From Tubulanus polymorphus (taxonomy: Eukaryota > Animalia > Nemertea), in contig NC_134029.1 in the NCBI RefSeq assembly GCF_964204645.1, positions 13,542,850-13,606,849 on the forward strand: 64,000 nt of DNA, in the 5' to 3' direction. This document shows, in pieces, positions 63,836 to 64,000 of this stretch. The notes beneath the pieces are model-generated. The model had not been told where the DNA came from. It ran no database searches and was given only the letters and a program-made list of their open reading frames with translations. The translations under genes were made by a program, and so were the position numbers. How positions within the stretch are numbered: the stretch's first letter is position 1; each line of letters starts with the position of its first letter.

Positions 63836-64000
63836 TCATAATCTCATTTTCTTTTGTTTCTTCTCTTTTAAATTTTAAGTTTTCATCTAAATTGCAACCA
63901 TATGCAACTGTATGAATTCCATCATCTAAAATATATCTTTTATCATCAAATGGGTTTAGACTTATCTTTTCTATTCCTTCAATAAACATTTCGTGATCTT
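63836..64000 (-). CDS. PolB C-terminal end (continues beyond the window)
   Basis: DHEMFIEGIEKISLNPFDDKRYILDDGIHTVAYG. Confidence 0.9.

Larger units (their letters stand above)
51829..64000. mobile_element. Polinton/adintovirus-like element, copy D (most complete; runs off the window in PolB)
   Basis: Hairpin end, integrase and ATPase (+); MCP, membrane genes, penton, SSB-like gene and PolB C-terminus (-). Confidence 0.92.

Overview
This is eukaryotic DNA, almost certainly an invertebrate (probably lophotrochozoan), made nearly entirely of nested mobile elements; I see no ordinary host gene. (1) At least five decayed or rearranged copies of one Polinton/Maverick (adintovirus-like) endogenous virus family: A 1.1-3.2 kb, B 5.3-17.0 kb, C 17.0-21.2 kb, E 40.4-45.8 kb, D 51.8-64 kb. 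Together they encode protein-primed PolB with an EndoVII-like insert, rve+chromo integrase, packaging ATPase, major and minor capsid proteins and several conserved membrane or hypothetical proteins. They show two gene orders, a ~270-bp imperfect hairpin at the apparent end, and a near-universal TAAATG start context. (2) Between 22.7 and 38 kb lie two distinct intron-containing IS3EU-like DNA transposons. Each pairs a DDE transposase with a convergent HECT E3 ubiquitin-ligase gene, and the second is inserted into the HECT gene of the first. (3) Also present: a Bel/Pao LTR retrotransposon 3' end, a Penelope-like element with a 5' inverted segment, several Helentron-type (HINE) elements with internal satellites, and small MITEs. 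All family assignments come from motif recognition by eye, with no database search.
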